NCBI GenBank assembly: GCA_965198065.1
Contig: CBDAON010000004.1
Coordinates: 608,001-672,000 of the forward strand
Direction of reading: 5' to 3'
Length of the DNA: 64,000 bases
From: Longimicrobiales bacterium
Lineage (GTDB): Bacteria > Gemmatimonadota > Gemmatimonadetes > Longimicrobiales > Gaopeijiaceae
Part shown: piece by piece, positions 39,220-49,383 of the stretch
Layout: every line of letters begins with the position of its first letter
Position numbering within the stretch: the stretch's first letter is position 1
Program-made: the position numbers and the translations under genes
Notes under the pieces: generated by a model
Told to the model about the DNA's origin: nothing
The model's input: only the letters and a program-made list of their open reading frames with translations
Databases searched by the model: none

Positions 39220-40605
39220 TCAGCGAAGCGACAGAGGGGGGGACCAGGCCGGGTTGTTCGGACGGATCCCGGAGACGATGGTCCGCGTGTTTCCGGTCAC
39301 CACGTCCGTGATGAACAGGCCATAGCCCCACAAACGGGCGCCCACGTAAACCAGGTGGCGCCCATCCGGAGCCCAGCTCGGGTCCTCGTTCACGCCGTCG
39401 AACGTGTGCCGAACGAGTCGGACGGGGCGGCCGCGCTCGTCGAGCTCGTGGACCAGGATCTGGTGCTCGCCGCGGCGTTCCACACGACCGTGGTATGCGA
39501 TTCGATTGCCCCGGGCCGACCAATCCGGGGACGTATAATATCCCGGTCTCTGATACTCGTAGGGGGACAGAAGGTCTGGGCGGGGCGATCCCTCGGACGG
39601 CATGATGTAGATCTGCGGTGCTCCGATTCCAAGTCGGTCGGAATTGAAGACGATCCGGGCGCCGTCCGGGGAGAGCGTCGGCGACAGATCGTCGCTGCGC
39701 CCCTCCGCGACCGTGGCGAAGCAGCACTCCCGGACGATGTTGTAGCGATAAATGCCGTTCCGACTTCCGGAGTTGATCGCGAAGTAGAGCTGGTCCCCGT
39801 CCGGATGATAGGACGGCGTGATGTAGAGACCCGGGCGGTTGGCGGGGACGACTCTTTCGACTCCGGTGGCGAGGTTCACCTCATAGATCCGGGGGATGCC
39901 GTCGTCCTTGTACGAGGCGAACGCGATCCGCGTCCCGTCCGGCGACCAGCTGGGCGACATCGTGATCGGCTCGCCCAACGCGGCCGCTTGATGGCGGGTG
40001 AGGGGGCCGAGATTCTCGCCGTCGGCATCGATGACCCAGAGGTTCTGGCTCCCGTCATCCATGGGCCGGGAGAACGCGATCCGGGTCGCCGCCATCCCTG
40101 GCTCGCCGAACGCCCATTCGACGATCGCGTCGGAGGCCAGGTGGGCCGCCAGCCTGAAGTCCGGGGACTCTGGGGCCGGGATCTGGAAGCGACCCCGCTC
40201 CACCACCTCCCGGTACACGACGTCGTGGAGCTCGAGAAGGAGGATCGCGTCCGCCCCAGCTCCCTCGAGCCGCCCCGCGATCAGCCACGTCGCACGAAGC
40301 TCATCCCATAGGCTGTAGTCCACCTCGTCTGGGACGAGCGCCCCGGGGAGGCCCGGAATGACGTTGAAGCGATTCGAGTAGCCGAGATCCCGAGCAATGA
40401 TATTCTCGACCTGACCCGCCTGCGGACCGGCCCCGGGGGGCGCTGAGAAAGGCTGGATCCCGAGGGCCGGCAGGGGGCGGGTCTCGTAGATAAGCCCAAG
40501 GCTCACCCCCGGCCACGCTTCCTCGACCTGCTGAGCGACGAGGGGCGCGGTGGTCCCGACCAGCCCGATCGCGACGACGGAGAGAACGTGGCGGACAGAG
40601 CTCAT
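39220..40605 (-). CDS. tolB: TolB beta-propeller protein
   Basis: IIARDL..S, TRIAF, PD40 repeats (SPSWSPDG, PSWAPDGRHL); operon position. Confidence 0.93.
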   Translation of the reverse strand: MSSVRHVLSVVAIGLVGTTAPLVAQQVEEAWPGVSLGLIYETRPLPALGIQPFSAPPGAGPQAGQVENIIARDLGYSNRFNVIPGLPGALVPDEVDYSLWDELRATWLIAGRLEGAGADAILLLELHDVVYREVVERGRFQIPAPESPDFRLAAHLASDAIVEWAFGEPGMAATRIAFSRPMDDGSQNLWVIDADGENLGPLTRHQAAALGEPITMSPSWSPDGTRIAFASYKDDGIPRIYEVNLATGVERVVPANRPGLYITPSYHPDGDQLYFAINSGSRNGIYRYNIVRECCFATVAEGRSDDLSPTLSPDGARIVFNSDRLGIGAPQIYIMPSEGSPRPDLLSPYEYQRPGYYTSPDWSARGNRIAYHGRVERRGEHQILVHELDERGRPVRLVRHTFDGVNEDPSWAPDGRHLVYVGARLWGYGLFITDVVTGNTRTIVSGIRPNNPAWSPPLSLR

Positions 40606-40660
40606 GGCGACTCTCCTGCGGCGCCCCGCACGGGCAGGCCGCGTGCACATCGGGTCGTCG

Positions 40661-41377
40661 TCATTCGCCGCCGGCGCGGACTGGACCGAACGTGAACTGC
40701 ACCGGCAAGACGTCCAACGGCATGTCGTCAGGAAGCGGGCCGAGCCGGTCCATCCCCGCGCACTCCACCGCGCCGGCCGCTTCGATGTCGAACGACGCGC
40801 TTCCGGAGCGCTGGAAGAGGCGGATGGTCGAGCCGGGGACCCGGCCGTCCCCTTGGATCTCGAAGCGGATCACGGCTCCGAACGTCGCCGGGCCGTTCCA
40901 GCGGAAGCAGCGATCGATCTCAGAGACGATCCGCTGATAGTACTCGGGGAAGTCGCGTCGAAGCCCTTCCATCCGGACAGCCATCGCGGCCGCCGAGGTC
41001 GTCTCGTCCATCACGGGCGCCTCCGGCGTCGGCGCGGGCTCGGGCGTCGGCGGGGGCTCGGGTTCGGGCGGCGGTTCCGGCTCCGGAGTCGGCTCCGGCT
41101 CGGGATCTGGCGGCGGGAGGTCTGGGACGGGCTCGGGCTGCGGCCCCGGTGGCGCGTCGGTGCGTTCCACCACGACGGGCTCGGGAACGGAGACCGGCTC
41201 CTCGATCGGCGCCTCCTCCCCGAGGCTCACGATCGTCATCTCGTACGCCACGTACTCGTACGGCTCGACCTCGGCGCGCTCGCCCCACCATACCGCCGCG
41301 AGGAACACGAGGTGCACGGCGACGGACGCCAGAACCGGTCCCCTGCCCGGTCTTCGCGGATAGTGACGAGTGTCCAT
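40661..41377 (-). CDS. tolA: TolA/TonB-like energy transducer
   Basis: SVAVH TM motif, Pro-Glu repeats, C-terminal domain with SGSASFD; between tolR and tolB. Confidence 0.8.
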   Translation of the reverse strand: MDTRHYPRRPGRGPVLASVAVHLVFLAAVWWGERAEVEPYEYVAYEMTIVSLGEEAPIEEPVSVPEPVVVERTDAPPGPQPEPVPDLPPPDPEPEPTPEPEPPPEPEPPPTPEPAPTPEAPVMDETTSAAAMAVRMEGLRRDFPEYYQRIVSEIDRCFRWNGPATFGAVIRFEIQGDGRVPGSTIRLFQRSGSASFDIEAAGAVECAGMDRLGPLPDDMPLDVLPVQFTFGPVRAGGE

Positions 41378-41433
41378 GCCCTTCCTCGTACCCGAAAAAC
41401 GTGGCTAGGGTCGTTCGCCTAGCGAGTCCAGCC

Positions 41434-41877
41434 TCAGGGGATCGGCTCGATCGGATCGCCCACCAGCCCCACGGACGCTCCGGCCTCCGACGCCACCCGA
41501 TAGATCGTCGCGATCACCGGAAGCATCGTCCCGTAGAACGCCCCGGCGTCCCCCCGGATCAGAACCGTGGACGGCCGCCCGATCTCGAACAGCTGGGGGA
41601 AGATCTCGTCGAACTCCTCCGCCGGCACGGGCGTCTCGCCGATCAGGATAGACTCGTCCTCCAGGACCGTCACGAGGAACGGGTCCTCCTGCGTCGTGAT
41701 GGGGCGGACCTGCGCGCGGGGGAGCCGCACCTCCACACCGCCCTGCATGATCGGCGCGGTGATAATGAAGATAACGAGCAGCGTGAACGCGATGTCGATC
41801 AGGGACGTGACGTTGATCTCCGCGCTCACGTGGAGATTGTCCCTGGCGGCACCGCGCCGTCCGCGCGCGAGGCTCAA
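41434..41877 (-). CDS. tolR: TolR/ExbD
   Basis: AEINVTSLIDIAFTLLVIFIITAP, VLIRGD. TTG start overlaps the tolQ stop. Confidence 0.92.
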   Translation of the reverse strand: MSLARGRRGAARDNLHVSAEINVTSLIDIAFTLLVIFIITAPIMQGGVEVRLPRAQVRPITTQEDPFLVTVLEDESILIGETPVPAEEFDEIFPQLFEIGRPSTVLIRGDAGAFYGTMLPVIATIYRVASEAGASVGLVGDPIEPIP

Positions 41878-42599
41878 ATCCGTCCCTCCCTGGCGAGTGA
41901 GCCGATGAACTCGGACGAGAAGCCCTCGAGCTCGCCGGAAACCAGGTTCAGCTTCGCGACGAAGTAGTTGTAGGCGATGACGGCGGGGATCGCGACCGAG
42001 AGGCCCGCGACGGTGGTGACGAGGGCCTCGGCCACCCCGGGCGCCACGGCTCCGATGTTCGTCGAGCCCGATGCCACGATGCCGAGGAACGCGTTCATCA
42101 CCCCGATCACCGTGCCGAGAAGCCCGAGGAGAGGAGAGACGGAGCCGATCACGGCGAGCCAGGTGAGCCCCACGGCCAGCTCGTCCCGCTCCTCGGCCTC
42201 CTCCTTCTCCATCATCATGCGGAGCACCTCGAGCTGCCCGCGGGAGAGCCCTTCCCCCTTGGGGGCGCCCTCCTTGAGCCCCCCGGGGCGCAGCTCGCTG
42301 AAGAAGTTCACCCCCTGTCGGAAGACACGCCCGTACGGGGAGTCCGGCAGCGCGAGGATGGCCTTGTAGGCGTCCTCCATGCGCTGCGAGCGCTCCACGG
42401 CCTGAAGGAAGCGGTCCCCCTGACGGCGCACGGTGCGAAACTGGCGCCACTTCCAAAAGATGACGACCCACGAGGCCACGGAGAACACGGCGAGGACGAG
42501 GAGCACGACCTGGGTCGGCAGGGTCCCGCCCCATATGAGGTCCCACGCCGACTCCGGGATCTGCCGCCCCACCTGGAGGAGCAGGGCGCCCAGGATCAC
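41874..42599 (-). CDS. tolQ: TolQ/ExbB proton channel
   Basis: SPLLGLLGTVIGVM, VAPGVAEALVTTVAGL.VAIPAVIAYN. GTG start 42599. Confidence 0.94.
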   Translation of the reverse strand: MILGALLLQVGRQIPESAWDLIWGGTLPTQVVLLVLAVFSVASWVVIFWKWRQFRTVRRQGDRFLQAVERSQRMEDAYKAILALPDSPYGRVFRQGVNFFSELRPGGLKEGAPKGEGLSRGQLEVLRMMMEKEEAEERDELAVGLTWLAVIGSVSPLLGLLGTVIGVMNAFLGIVASGSTNIGAVAPGVAEALVTTVAGLSVAIPAVIAYNYFVAKLNLVSGELEGFSSEFIGSLAREGRI

Positions 42600-43555
42600 G
42601 AGCGAACCCCCCGCGCCTCTCGCGCTGCGATCCACCGGAATGTCCGCTCGAGGCCGTCGTCGAGGGTCACGCTCGGGGACCACCCCAGTCCCCGGAGCTT
42701 TCCGGTGCCGAGGGTGCTGTGGCGCAACTCGCCGTCCCGTTGGGGCTTGAACGCCCGCCCGACACGGAGCCCGCAGGTGGCTTCGATCCGATCGGCAAGC
42801 CGGTTCACGCTCGTCCCCACCTCGGTTCCGACGTTGAACGCCAGTCGGTCCAGGCCGTCTCCGGGGGGAAGCGGCATGTCCGAAACGAGTAAATTCGCAC
42901 GAGTCACGTCGTCCACAAAGACGTAGTCCCTCGTCTGATCTCCGTCCCCGTAGACATCGAGCTCCTGGCCGGCCAGCAGCCGGATGGAGAAGATCGCGAC
43001 CACGCCGGCTTCGCCATGCGGGTCCTGTCGCGGTCCGAACACGTTCGAGTAACGGAGGGCCACATACTCGAGCCCGTGCACCCGGTGGTAATAGCTCAGG
43101 TAGTACTCCCCCGCGAGCTTCGACACCCCGTAGGGGGAGAGCGGGAGCTTGGGCGACGTCTCTGGCGTCGGGACCGCATCGGGCTCTCCGTACACGACAC
43201 CTCCCGACGACACGTACACGACGCGCCGTACCCCACACTTGAGCGAGGCCTCGAGCAGGTTCAAGAGGCCCGACACGTTCGTTCGGGCGTCCCCAAGGGG
43301 ATCCGCGACCGAGACCCGCACGTCGATCTGTGCGGCGTGGTGGTTCACCAGGTCGAAGCCCGCCTCCTGGAACAGGGATTCGACGTCGGGAGATTCGATC
43401 CCCATCTCGATTAGCGTCGCTCCCGCCGGGACGTTCTCCCGTCTCCCCGAGGAGAGGTCGTCCAGCACCCACACCCGGTCCCCGCGCGCGAGGTAGGCGT
43501 CCGCGACGTGACTTCCGATGAAGCCGGCCCCGCCGGTGACCAACACCTTCTTCAC
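42596..43555 (-). CDS. NAD-dependent epimerase/dehydratase (GalE-like)
   Basis: VTGGAGFIGSH, HHAAQIDV, SSGG, YGVSK, RYSNVFGPRQDPHGEAGVV. Confidence 0.92.
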   Translation of the reverse strand: MKKVLVTGGAGFIGSHVADAYLARGDRVWVLDDLSSGRRENVPAGATLIEMGIESPDVESLFQEAGFDLVNHHAAQIDVRVSVADPLGDARTNVSGLLNLLEASLKCGVRRVVYVSSGGVVYGEPDAVPTPETSPKLPLSPYGVSKLAGEYYLSYYHRVHGLEYVALRYSNVFGPRQDPHGEAGVVAIFSIRLLAGQELDVYGDGDQTRDYVFVDDVTRANLLVSDMPLPPGDGLDRLAFNVGTEVGTSVNRLADRIEATCGLRVGRAFKPQRDGELRHSTLGTGKLRGLGWSPSVTLDDGLERTFRWIAAREARGVRS

Positions 43556-44913
43556 GATGCGTCCTGATCTGCGGGGTCCGGGTCGCCCGCGTCGTCCCGG
43601 TTCGACCGGGAGGCGGGGCCCGCGTCGGACGTCTCGCCGAGTCCGTAGAGGATACGGGCCGCATCCACGAGGCCTGCCCCGCCCCCCGCCGCCATCCCCT
43701 CACGGAGACGCACCACCGGGTCGTGGAGGAGCTTGTTCTGGAGCCGTCGAGCGAATTCCTCGATCCGCTCGCGGTCCTCCGGGCCGAGATCGGTGAGCCC
43801 CCGGAGGAGTCGCTCGAGCTCCGCGTCCCGAAAGGCGTCCGACTGCCTGCGTAGCGCCTGGATCACGGGCACAACCTCCAGCGAGGCGTACCACGCCCGG
43901 AACTCCTCCGAGTGGGCCGCGATGATCTCCTCGGCGGCAGGGAGAGCCCCCTCTCTCAGACGCACGTGATCGTCCGCGATCTTCCGGAGATCGTCGATGT
44001 TGTAGAGGAACACCTCCGCCTCGTCCCCGACGGCCGGTTCCACGTCTCTGGGAACCGCGATGTCGATGATGAGGAGCGGGTGCCGCCTCGCGTCCTGGAG
44101 GGAGTCCTCCACGAGGCTCCGTGTGAGGACCGGATGAGGGGCCGTCGTCGAGCTCAGAACGATGTCGGCCCCAGGAAGGGCCTCGGGGAGACTCTCGAAT
44201 GGGATGGCCTGGCCGCGGAGCCTCGAGGCCAGACTCTCCGCGCGCTCGTACGTGCGCGTGGCCACGACCGTCCCCTCCACTCCCTCGCGCCGGAGCGCGT
44301 CCGTGATGAGCTCGCCCATCATCCCCGCCCCGAGAACCAGGGCCCGCTTCCCCTTGAGGGAGCCGAAGATCTTCCGCGCCAGCTCCACGGCCACCGAAGC
44401 CACGGAAGCCGTGCCCTCGCCGATCGAGGTCTCCGAGCGGACCCGCCCCCCGACCGAGAGGGCCATCTGGAACAGGCGGTTCAGAACGGGACCGGCCAGG
44501 GGCGGCGTCACGGGGAGCGAGGACGCCCGCTGGTACGCCTCCTTCACCTGCCCCTGGATCTCGGCCTCGCCGGTGACCATGGAGTCCAGCCCCGCCGAGA
44601 CGTAAAAGAGGTGCCGGACCGCGCTCTCACCACGCTCCCTGAACACGTAGCGGTCCAGGGGCACCGACACGGGCCCAGCCTTCCCGGCCAGGAGCCGCGA
44701 GACCGCTCGGATCGGCCGGTCCTCCCGGACTGGGAAGAGGTAGACCTCCGTTCGGTTACAGGTAGAGAGAAGCACGGCCTCCTCCACCCCGGCCTCCTCC
44801 CGGAGAGAGAGCAGCGCCTCCCCCGCCTCCGCGGGACCAAAGACAACCCGCTCCCGAACCTCGACGGGGGCGGTCTCATGGCTCACGCCGACAACCGCGA
44901 GGGGCACCGTCAC
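43552..44913 (-). CDS. hemA: Glutamyl-tRNA reductase
   Basis: GVSHETAPVEVRE, LSTCNRTE, GLDSMVTGEAEIQGQ, DIAVPRD. Confidence 0.98.
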   Translation of the reverse strand: MTVPLAVVGVSHETAPVEVRERVVFGPAEAGEALLSLREEAGVEEAVLLSTCNRTEVYLFPVREDRPIRAVSRLLAGKAGPVSVPLDRYVFRERGESAVRHLFYVSAGLDSMVTGEAEIQGQVKEAYQRASSLPVTPPLAGPVLNRLFQMALSVGGRVRSETSIGEGTASVASVAVELARKIFGSLKGKRALVLGAGMMGELITDALRREGVEGTVVATRTYERAESLASRLRGQAIPFESLPEALPGADIVLSSTTAPHPVLTRSLVEDSLQDARRHPLLIIDIAVPRDVEPAVGDEAEVFLYNIDDLRKIADDHVRLREGALPAAEEIIAAHSEEFRAWYASLEVVPVIQALRRQSDAFRDAELERLLRGLTDLGPEDRERIEEFARRLQNKLLHDPVVRLREGMAAGGGAGLVDAARILYGLGETSDAGPASRSNRDDAGDPDPADQDAS

Positions 44914-45719
44914 AGAAAGAGTCCGCTCCCGCCGGCCGTGACCCGGAGCGCCAGGTACATCCCGATGACCACAGCGAACCCGACCACGGCAGCGAGCGCG
45001 CTATGGTATTCGCTCCGACCTCTCCCCTGGCGCGCCACGAGGATCCCGAGAAAGACTAACCAACTCATCACGGCCCACAGGACCTTGGGGTCGCTCATCT
45101 CGAGGGATCCGCGGTTCTGGACAGTCCACGCCCACCCCACGCCAAGCGCGAGCGTGAGGCAGACGAATCCCACCCAGAGGCCGATCCGCCCCACCCGCTC
45201 GAGAGTCGCGAGGGGGGGGATGAACTTGAAGAAGCGGCCGAAGCGCTTCTCCTTTAGCTCGTGATGCTGGATCAGGTAGAGGACGCCCGCGGCAAAGGCG
45301 AGTGCGAGCCCCTGATACCCGAGGAAGGCGAAAGCCACATGGAGCACGAAGCCGGCGCCCTGGAAGTCGAGCGTGAACGGAGAAGGGCGGATCCCCAGCA
45401 CGAGGGCGACGGCCTCGAGTAGGATCACGAAGGGGAGGAGGGTGAGCGCCACGCGCCCCACCTCCCGCATGGGAAGCACGACCACCAGCGACGCCCCGCA
45501 GACGAACGCGAGCGAGGAAAGGGCGGCCCCGGGCCCGACGAGCGGTAGCTCCCCGTTCAGCCGCCAGAACTCGACGAGCGCGACACCGTGAAGCGCCGCG
45601 GCGAGGGCCGTCACGGCCGAAGGCACGGGCGCCCACCGCCCCCGGCTCCCCCGCACGAGCAGGAGGACCCAGAAGCCGAATGCGGCGATGTAGAGCAGAA
45701 ACGCGAAGAGGTGGATCAC
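44910..45719 (-). CDS. Cytochrome c assembly family membrane protein (CcsA/HemX-like)
   Basis: About 8 TM helices, LHV.FAFLGY, PPLATLE, SDPKVLW. Coupled to hemA. Confidence 0.85.
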   Translation of the reverse strand: MIHLFAFLLYIAAFGFWVLLLVRGSRGRWAPVPSAVTALAAALHGVALVEFWRLNGELPLVGPGAALSSLAFVCGASLVVVLPMREVGRVALTLLPFVILLEAVALVLGIRPSPFTLDFQGAGFVLHVAFAFLGYQGLALAFAAGVLYLIQHHELKEKRFGRFFKFIPPLATLERVGRIGLWVGFVCLTLALGVGWAWTVQNRGSLEMSDPKVLWAVMSWLVFLGILVARQGRGRSEYHSALAAVVGFAVVIGMYLALRVTAGGSGLFL

Positions 45720-45738
45720 GCGGCCGACCGGACCGCCG

Positions 45739-46926
45739 TCACGGCATCATCCGGTCCAATACCAGCGAGAGGGCCGGACGAAGGCTCCCGGGGGCCCGGA
45801 CCGAGCGGAGCCTCACGGTGGACACCGTCTCACCTACGCTCACCACCTGGAAACGGGCAACCGGGAAACGCTCGCCGCCCATCACGTCCTCGCCGCGACC
45901 CACGAGCTCGTCTCCGATCCGGAGGCCGTTCGCGCTTCCCAGGTTGATGAACGCGAAATCGCCCGGCATGTAGAGCTCGCGCTGAGCCTGGAACGCGAGG
46001 ATCCTCGCCTCGGGGCCCGCAGCGACGGGCTCGGGATGGATCCCGGGGACGAGGGAGAACGACCGGACCCGAGTCACGAGGTCGCCAATCTGCATGCGAT
46101 CGTGCTCTCCGACCACCACGGCCACCACGCCGAGCTCGTCCACGTGGCTCACCTGGACTCGCCCAGTGGGCACTAGGACGTCGCCCACGCCCTCGATGCT
46201 CCGCGCTACGCGATAGGTCAGGAACTCGTCCCCCGCGAGGGGGGCCCCCGGCACGACGAAGCGCATCCGAATCTCGTCGTAGAGATGCACGGTCGTCCGA
46301 CCGAAGCGAACGACCTGCTCGCCCGCGAACCCTACGACCTCACCCAGGCGGTCGGCCTGGTTCCTCGTGGGGACCAGCCAGCTCGCGACCTGGACGACGC
46401 CCTCCGGAACGGCGGTAACCTGCTCCGGGGGCTGCAGGATCACCTGCGCCCCCCCTCCTTCGAGCAGCTGCGGGTCGTAGAACACCGTGCGTTCGGCGTC
46501 GGGCACGTTGACAATGCTCGTCGCCACGAACGGGCGGGACTCGAGGAGGAGCCTTCGGACTTCGTACGGGGCGAGCGCTTGCGGCTCCTGGGGGGAGACC
46601 TGAAGCTGGCTCGGCACGGCCCCCTGGGCCTCGCCCGTAAGCCGGGAAGCGAGCCCCTGACCGACGGCGACGCCCGGCGCGCCGGAAACGCCCAACCCCA
46701 GGATCGTCGCCGGCTCCGGAGCGGGGGCTCCCGCTCCGCCATCGGCGGGGGCGGCCTGAGCCAGGGCCGGCCGCGGCGCGAGGGTCACCCCGAGCGCGCA
46801 TACGGCCACAAGGACGGACGCCGAGCGTAGGAAGAAAGCCTCGGTCGGACGCAGCATTTCGGGGGCTCCTTCGGGCGGAGGCGACGGACCTTCGCGGAAG
46901 ATACCCGCGAGCAAAGGGAGGGTCAA
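45739..46926 (-). CDS. Secreted hypothetical protein with a TsaP/FlgT-C-like C-terminal beta domain
   Basis: Signal peptide (...PALAQ), VLVPTGRVQV, AFINLGSANGLRIGDEL. Start uncertain. Confidence 0.65.
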   Translation of the reverse strand: MTLPLLAGIFREGPSPPPEGAPEMLRPTEAFFLRSASVLVAVCALGVTLAPRPALAQAAPADGGAGAPAPEPATILGLGVSGAPGVAVGQGLASRLTGEAQGAVPSQLQVSPQEPQALAPYEVRRLLLESRPFVATSIVNVPDAERTVFYDPQLLEGGGAQVILQPPEQVTAVPEGVVQVASWLVPTRNQADRLGEVVGFAGEQVVRFGRTTVHLYDEIRMRFVVPGAPLAGDEFLTYRVARSIEGVGDVLVPTGRVQVSHVDELGVVAVVVGEHDRMQIGDLVTRVRSFSLVPGIHPEPVAAGPEARILAFQAQRELYMPGDFAFINLGSANGLRIGDELVGRGEDVMGGERFPVARFQVVSVGETVSTVRLRSVRAPGSLRPALSLVLDRMMP

Positions 46927-46949
46927 CGATCAAACTTCAGATGTTTCCC

Positions 46950-47918
46950 TCAACTTCGACGCGCAAGCTCACGGGCCCAGTAGGAGATGACCACGTCCGC
47001 GCCCGCCCGCCGAATCGAGACGAGGGCCTCCATCATCGCCTGCTCGTTCAACCAGCCCTTCTCGATGGCAGCCATGATGGCCGCGTACTCGCCCGAGACG
47101 TGATACGCCGCTACCGGGGCGCCTGTCTCGTCCTTGACCCGCCGGATGACGTCCAGGTACGCGAGCGCCGGCTTCACCATCACTATGTCGGCACCCTCCT
47201 CCAGATCGGCCCAAACCTCCCTTAGGGCCTCATCGGCGTTGGCGGGATCCATCTGATACGCTCGCCGGTCCCCGAACGTGGGCGCCGACTGGGCGGCATC
47301 GCGGAAGGGCCCGTAGAACGCCGAGGCGTACTTGGCCGCGTAGCTCATGATCGGGAGCTCCACGAATCCCCCCGCGTCCAGCGCGTCTCGGATGGCGCCG
47401 ACCCGCCCGTCCATCATGTCCGACGGGGCCACGATGTCGGCCCCGGCCTCGGCCTGGCTCACCGCCGCCCGAGCCAGGAGAGCCAACGTCGCATCGTTCA
47501 GGACCTCCTCCCCCTCGAGCACGCCGCAGTGCCCGTGGGACGTGTATTCGCATAGGCAGACGTCCGTCACCACCAGGAGCCCCGGGACCTCCGACTTGAT
47601 CGCGCGAACCGCCCGCTGGACCATCCCGTCCGACGCCCACGCTCCGCTCCCGACATCGTCCTTTTCTTCCGGTATTCCGAAGAGGAGAACGCCACCGAGA
47701 CCAAGCGCCTTCGCCTCCCGGGCATCGACGATAGCCTCGTCCACGGACGTGCGGTCCACGCCCGGCATCGATGGGACGGCCGTGCGACGCCCCTCCCCCG
47801 GTTCGACGAAGAGCGGGAGGAGGACGTGCGCCGGATCGATCCGCGTCTCCCGGACGAGGGCGCGGAGCGGCTCCCCTCTACGGAGACGCCGGCCCCGAAA
47901 GAGGGGATAGTCGCTCAT
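46950..47918 (-). CDS. hemB: Porphobilinogen synthase (Zn type)
   Basis: [44 protein letters not shown]. Confidence 0.98.
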   Translation of the reverse strand: MSDYPLFRGRRLRRGEPLRALVRETRIDPAHVLLPLFVEPGEGRRTAVPSMPGVDRTSVDEAIVDAREAKALGLGGVLLFGIPEEKDDVGSGAWASDGMVQRAVRAIKSEVPGLLVVTDVCLCEYTSHGHCGVLEGEEVLNDATLALLARAAVSQAEAGADIVAPSDMMDGRVGAIRDALDAGGFVELPIMSYAAKYASAFYGPFRDAAQSAPTFGDRRAYQMDPANADEALREVWADLEEGADIVMVKPALAYLDVIRRVKDETGAPVAAYHVSGEYAAIMAAIEKGWLNEQAMMEALVSIRRAGADVVISYWARELARRS

Positions 47919-47924
47919 ATCGAC

Positions 47925-47953
47925 ATTCTCTCGGACCGGCGAGGCAAGGGCAA
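47925..47953 (-). promoter_or_regulatory. Promoter placed for a leaderless hemB transcript
   Basis: TTGCCC-N17-GAGAAT, then 6 nt to ATG; no SD sequence. Confidence 0.45.
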
Positions 47954-47986
47954 GCGCGGGCGAAGGGGTTTCGGGAAACCGTAGGG

Positions 47987-48496
47987 TCAGGTCGAGCGCA
48001 GGGGGAGCCCTCTGCCCGGAGTCGCGGTCAGGTCGAGCCGGAGGATGCGTGCGTCTTCACGGGGGCGCTCGTAGTACTCCCTCCGCACCCCCACCTGTCG
48101 AAAGCCCCTCGTCCGGTAAAGGTCGAGGGCCGGCTCATTCGTATCCCGGACCTCGAGAAAGACGGCCGTGACGCCCCCGCGCCGGGCCCGGCTCAGCAGG
48201 CGATCCAGCAGCGCGCCTCCGATCCCCCGTCCCCGCACCTCCGGGAGAACCGCGAGGTTCGCGAGCTCGGCTTCGTCGGCCACTCTCCAGAGCACGCCGT
48301 GCCCCATCACACGGGCGTCCCCGTCCTGCTCGAGCTCGGCCACCAGGACGAGCACCCCCCTGCGGGTGACGAGCGACCCGAAGGTCTCGAGGGTCCACGG
48401 GGTGGCGTAGCTGGCGGCCTCTACCTCGTAGATGCGGCGGACGTCGTCGGGGCAGGCTCGCCGGATCCGGACGCAGGCGCCCCGGGTCGTGCTCAT
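47987..48496 (-). CDS. rimI: Ribosomal protein alanine N-acetyltransferase
   Basis: [42 protein letters not shown]. Confidence 0.93.
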   Translation of the reverse strand: MSTTRGACVRIRRACPDDVRRIYEVEAASYATPWTLETFGSLVTRRGVLVLVAELEQDGDARVMGHGVLWRVADEAELANLAVLPEVRGRGIGGALLDRLLSRARRGGVTAVFLEVRDTNEPALDLYRTRGFRQVGVRREYYERPREDARILRLDLTATPGRGLPLRST

Positions 48497-49383
48497 CGGC
48501 TCCTCTCCCCGGATCCGAGGGGCGGGCGCGCCGAGGAGCCCCGGAGATACTCGGGCTGCCAGCGGACCTCCGGGTCCTCGTTCGGAAGGAGCGCGTGGAG
48601 TCTCAAGAGGGCGGCGGCCGTAGGGACGCCGGCCGGATACCCGAGAACGCGGAAGCCCGCCGCCTCGAGCGTTCGCGCGTGCCGGAGGGCTCCGTCTCCT
48701 GCGAAGAGCGCCATCCGCGGGGGGCCGAAGCGGAGGATCTCGCCCACTGTGGCCGCCCGGGGCTCGAGGACGGTCTCGACGGCTCCCTGGTCTCCCCTTC
48801 CATTGGCGCTCGCGACCGCGGCCGGTCGAAAGCGGTACGCCGCAGCATAGACTCGATCCCCGCCCGCGTTGAACAGCACGTGCCGGAGCCCCGGGTCCGT
48901 CCCGGCCGGAAGGAGAGCGGCGTCGATCCCGGAGCCGGGAGCGGGGTCGGCGGCCGGCGGAGGGGACGCGGGGGAGCCGTCACGAGCGCGCGGGACCGGT
49001 GCCCACGCAGAGACCGCGGCCGCGGCGAGGGACGACCGAGGCCAGACGGGCACCCGGAGCCCCACCCCAATCCCGCGCGCCGTGGCCGCCGCGATACGGA
49101 GCCCGGTGAACGAGCCCGGACCCTTCCCCACGACTACCCCGTCCAGATCGGCTGCGGCGACTCCGGCCTCCTCGAGCACGCCGGCGCAGGCGGGCACCAG
49201 TCGGGCCGCCTGCTCCCTCGAATCGAGCAGGTAGGCGTGGGCCAGGAGCTCCTGCCCACGTGCGACCCCCGCGGAACCGACAGAGGTCGAGACGTCGAAG
49301 GCGAGGAGGAGGGGCGGGTCGCCCGCGGCGCGGCGTCCGGTCGTCGCTCGAGGCCCACCGCGGGACGCCCCGTCCGCGCTCAC
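48493..49383 (-). CDS. tsaB: t6A biosynthesis protein TsaB
   Basis: LAFDVST, GKGPGSFTGLRI, PEYLR; Pro/Ala-rich insertions. Confidence 0.9.
   Translation of the reverse strand: MSADGASRGGPRATTGRRAAGDPPLLLAFDVSTSVGSAGVARGQELLAHAYLLDSREQAARLVPACAGVLEEAGVAAADLDGVVVGKGPGSFTGLRIAAATARGIGVGLRVPVWPRSSLAAAAVSAWAPVPRARDGSPASPPPAADPAPGSGIDAALLPAGTDPGLRHVLFNAGGDRVYAAAYRFRPAAVASANGRGDQGAVETVLEPRAATVGEILRFGPPRMALFAGDGALRHARTLEAAGFRVLGYPAGVPTAAALLRLHALLPNEDPEVRWQPEYLRGSSARPPLGSGERSR

Noticed and set aside
41030..41150. Short tandem-like repeats in tolA and in the TPR linkers
   Set aside because: They encode Pro-Glu low-complexity linkers and are not DNA repeat elements.
37485..42599. tolQRAB-pal-cpoB cluster as a novel system
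   Set aside because: Canonical Tol-Pal operon.
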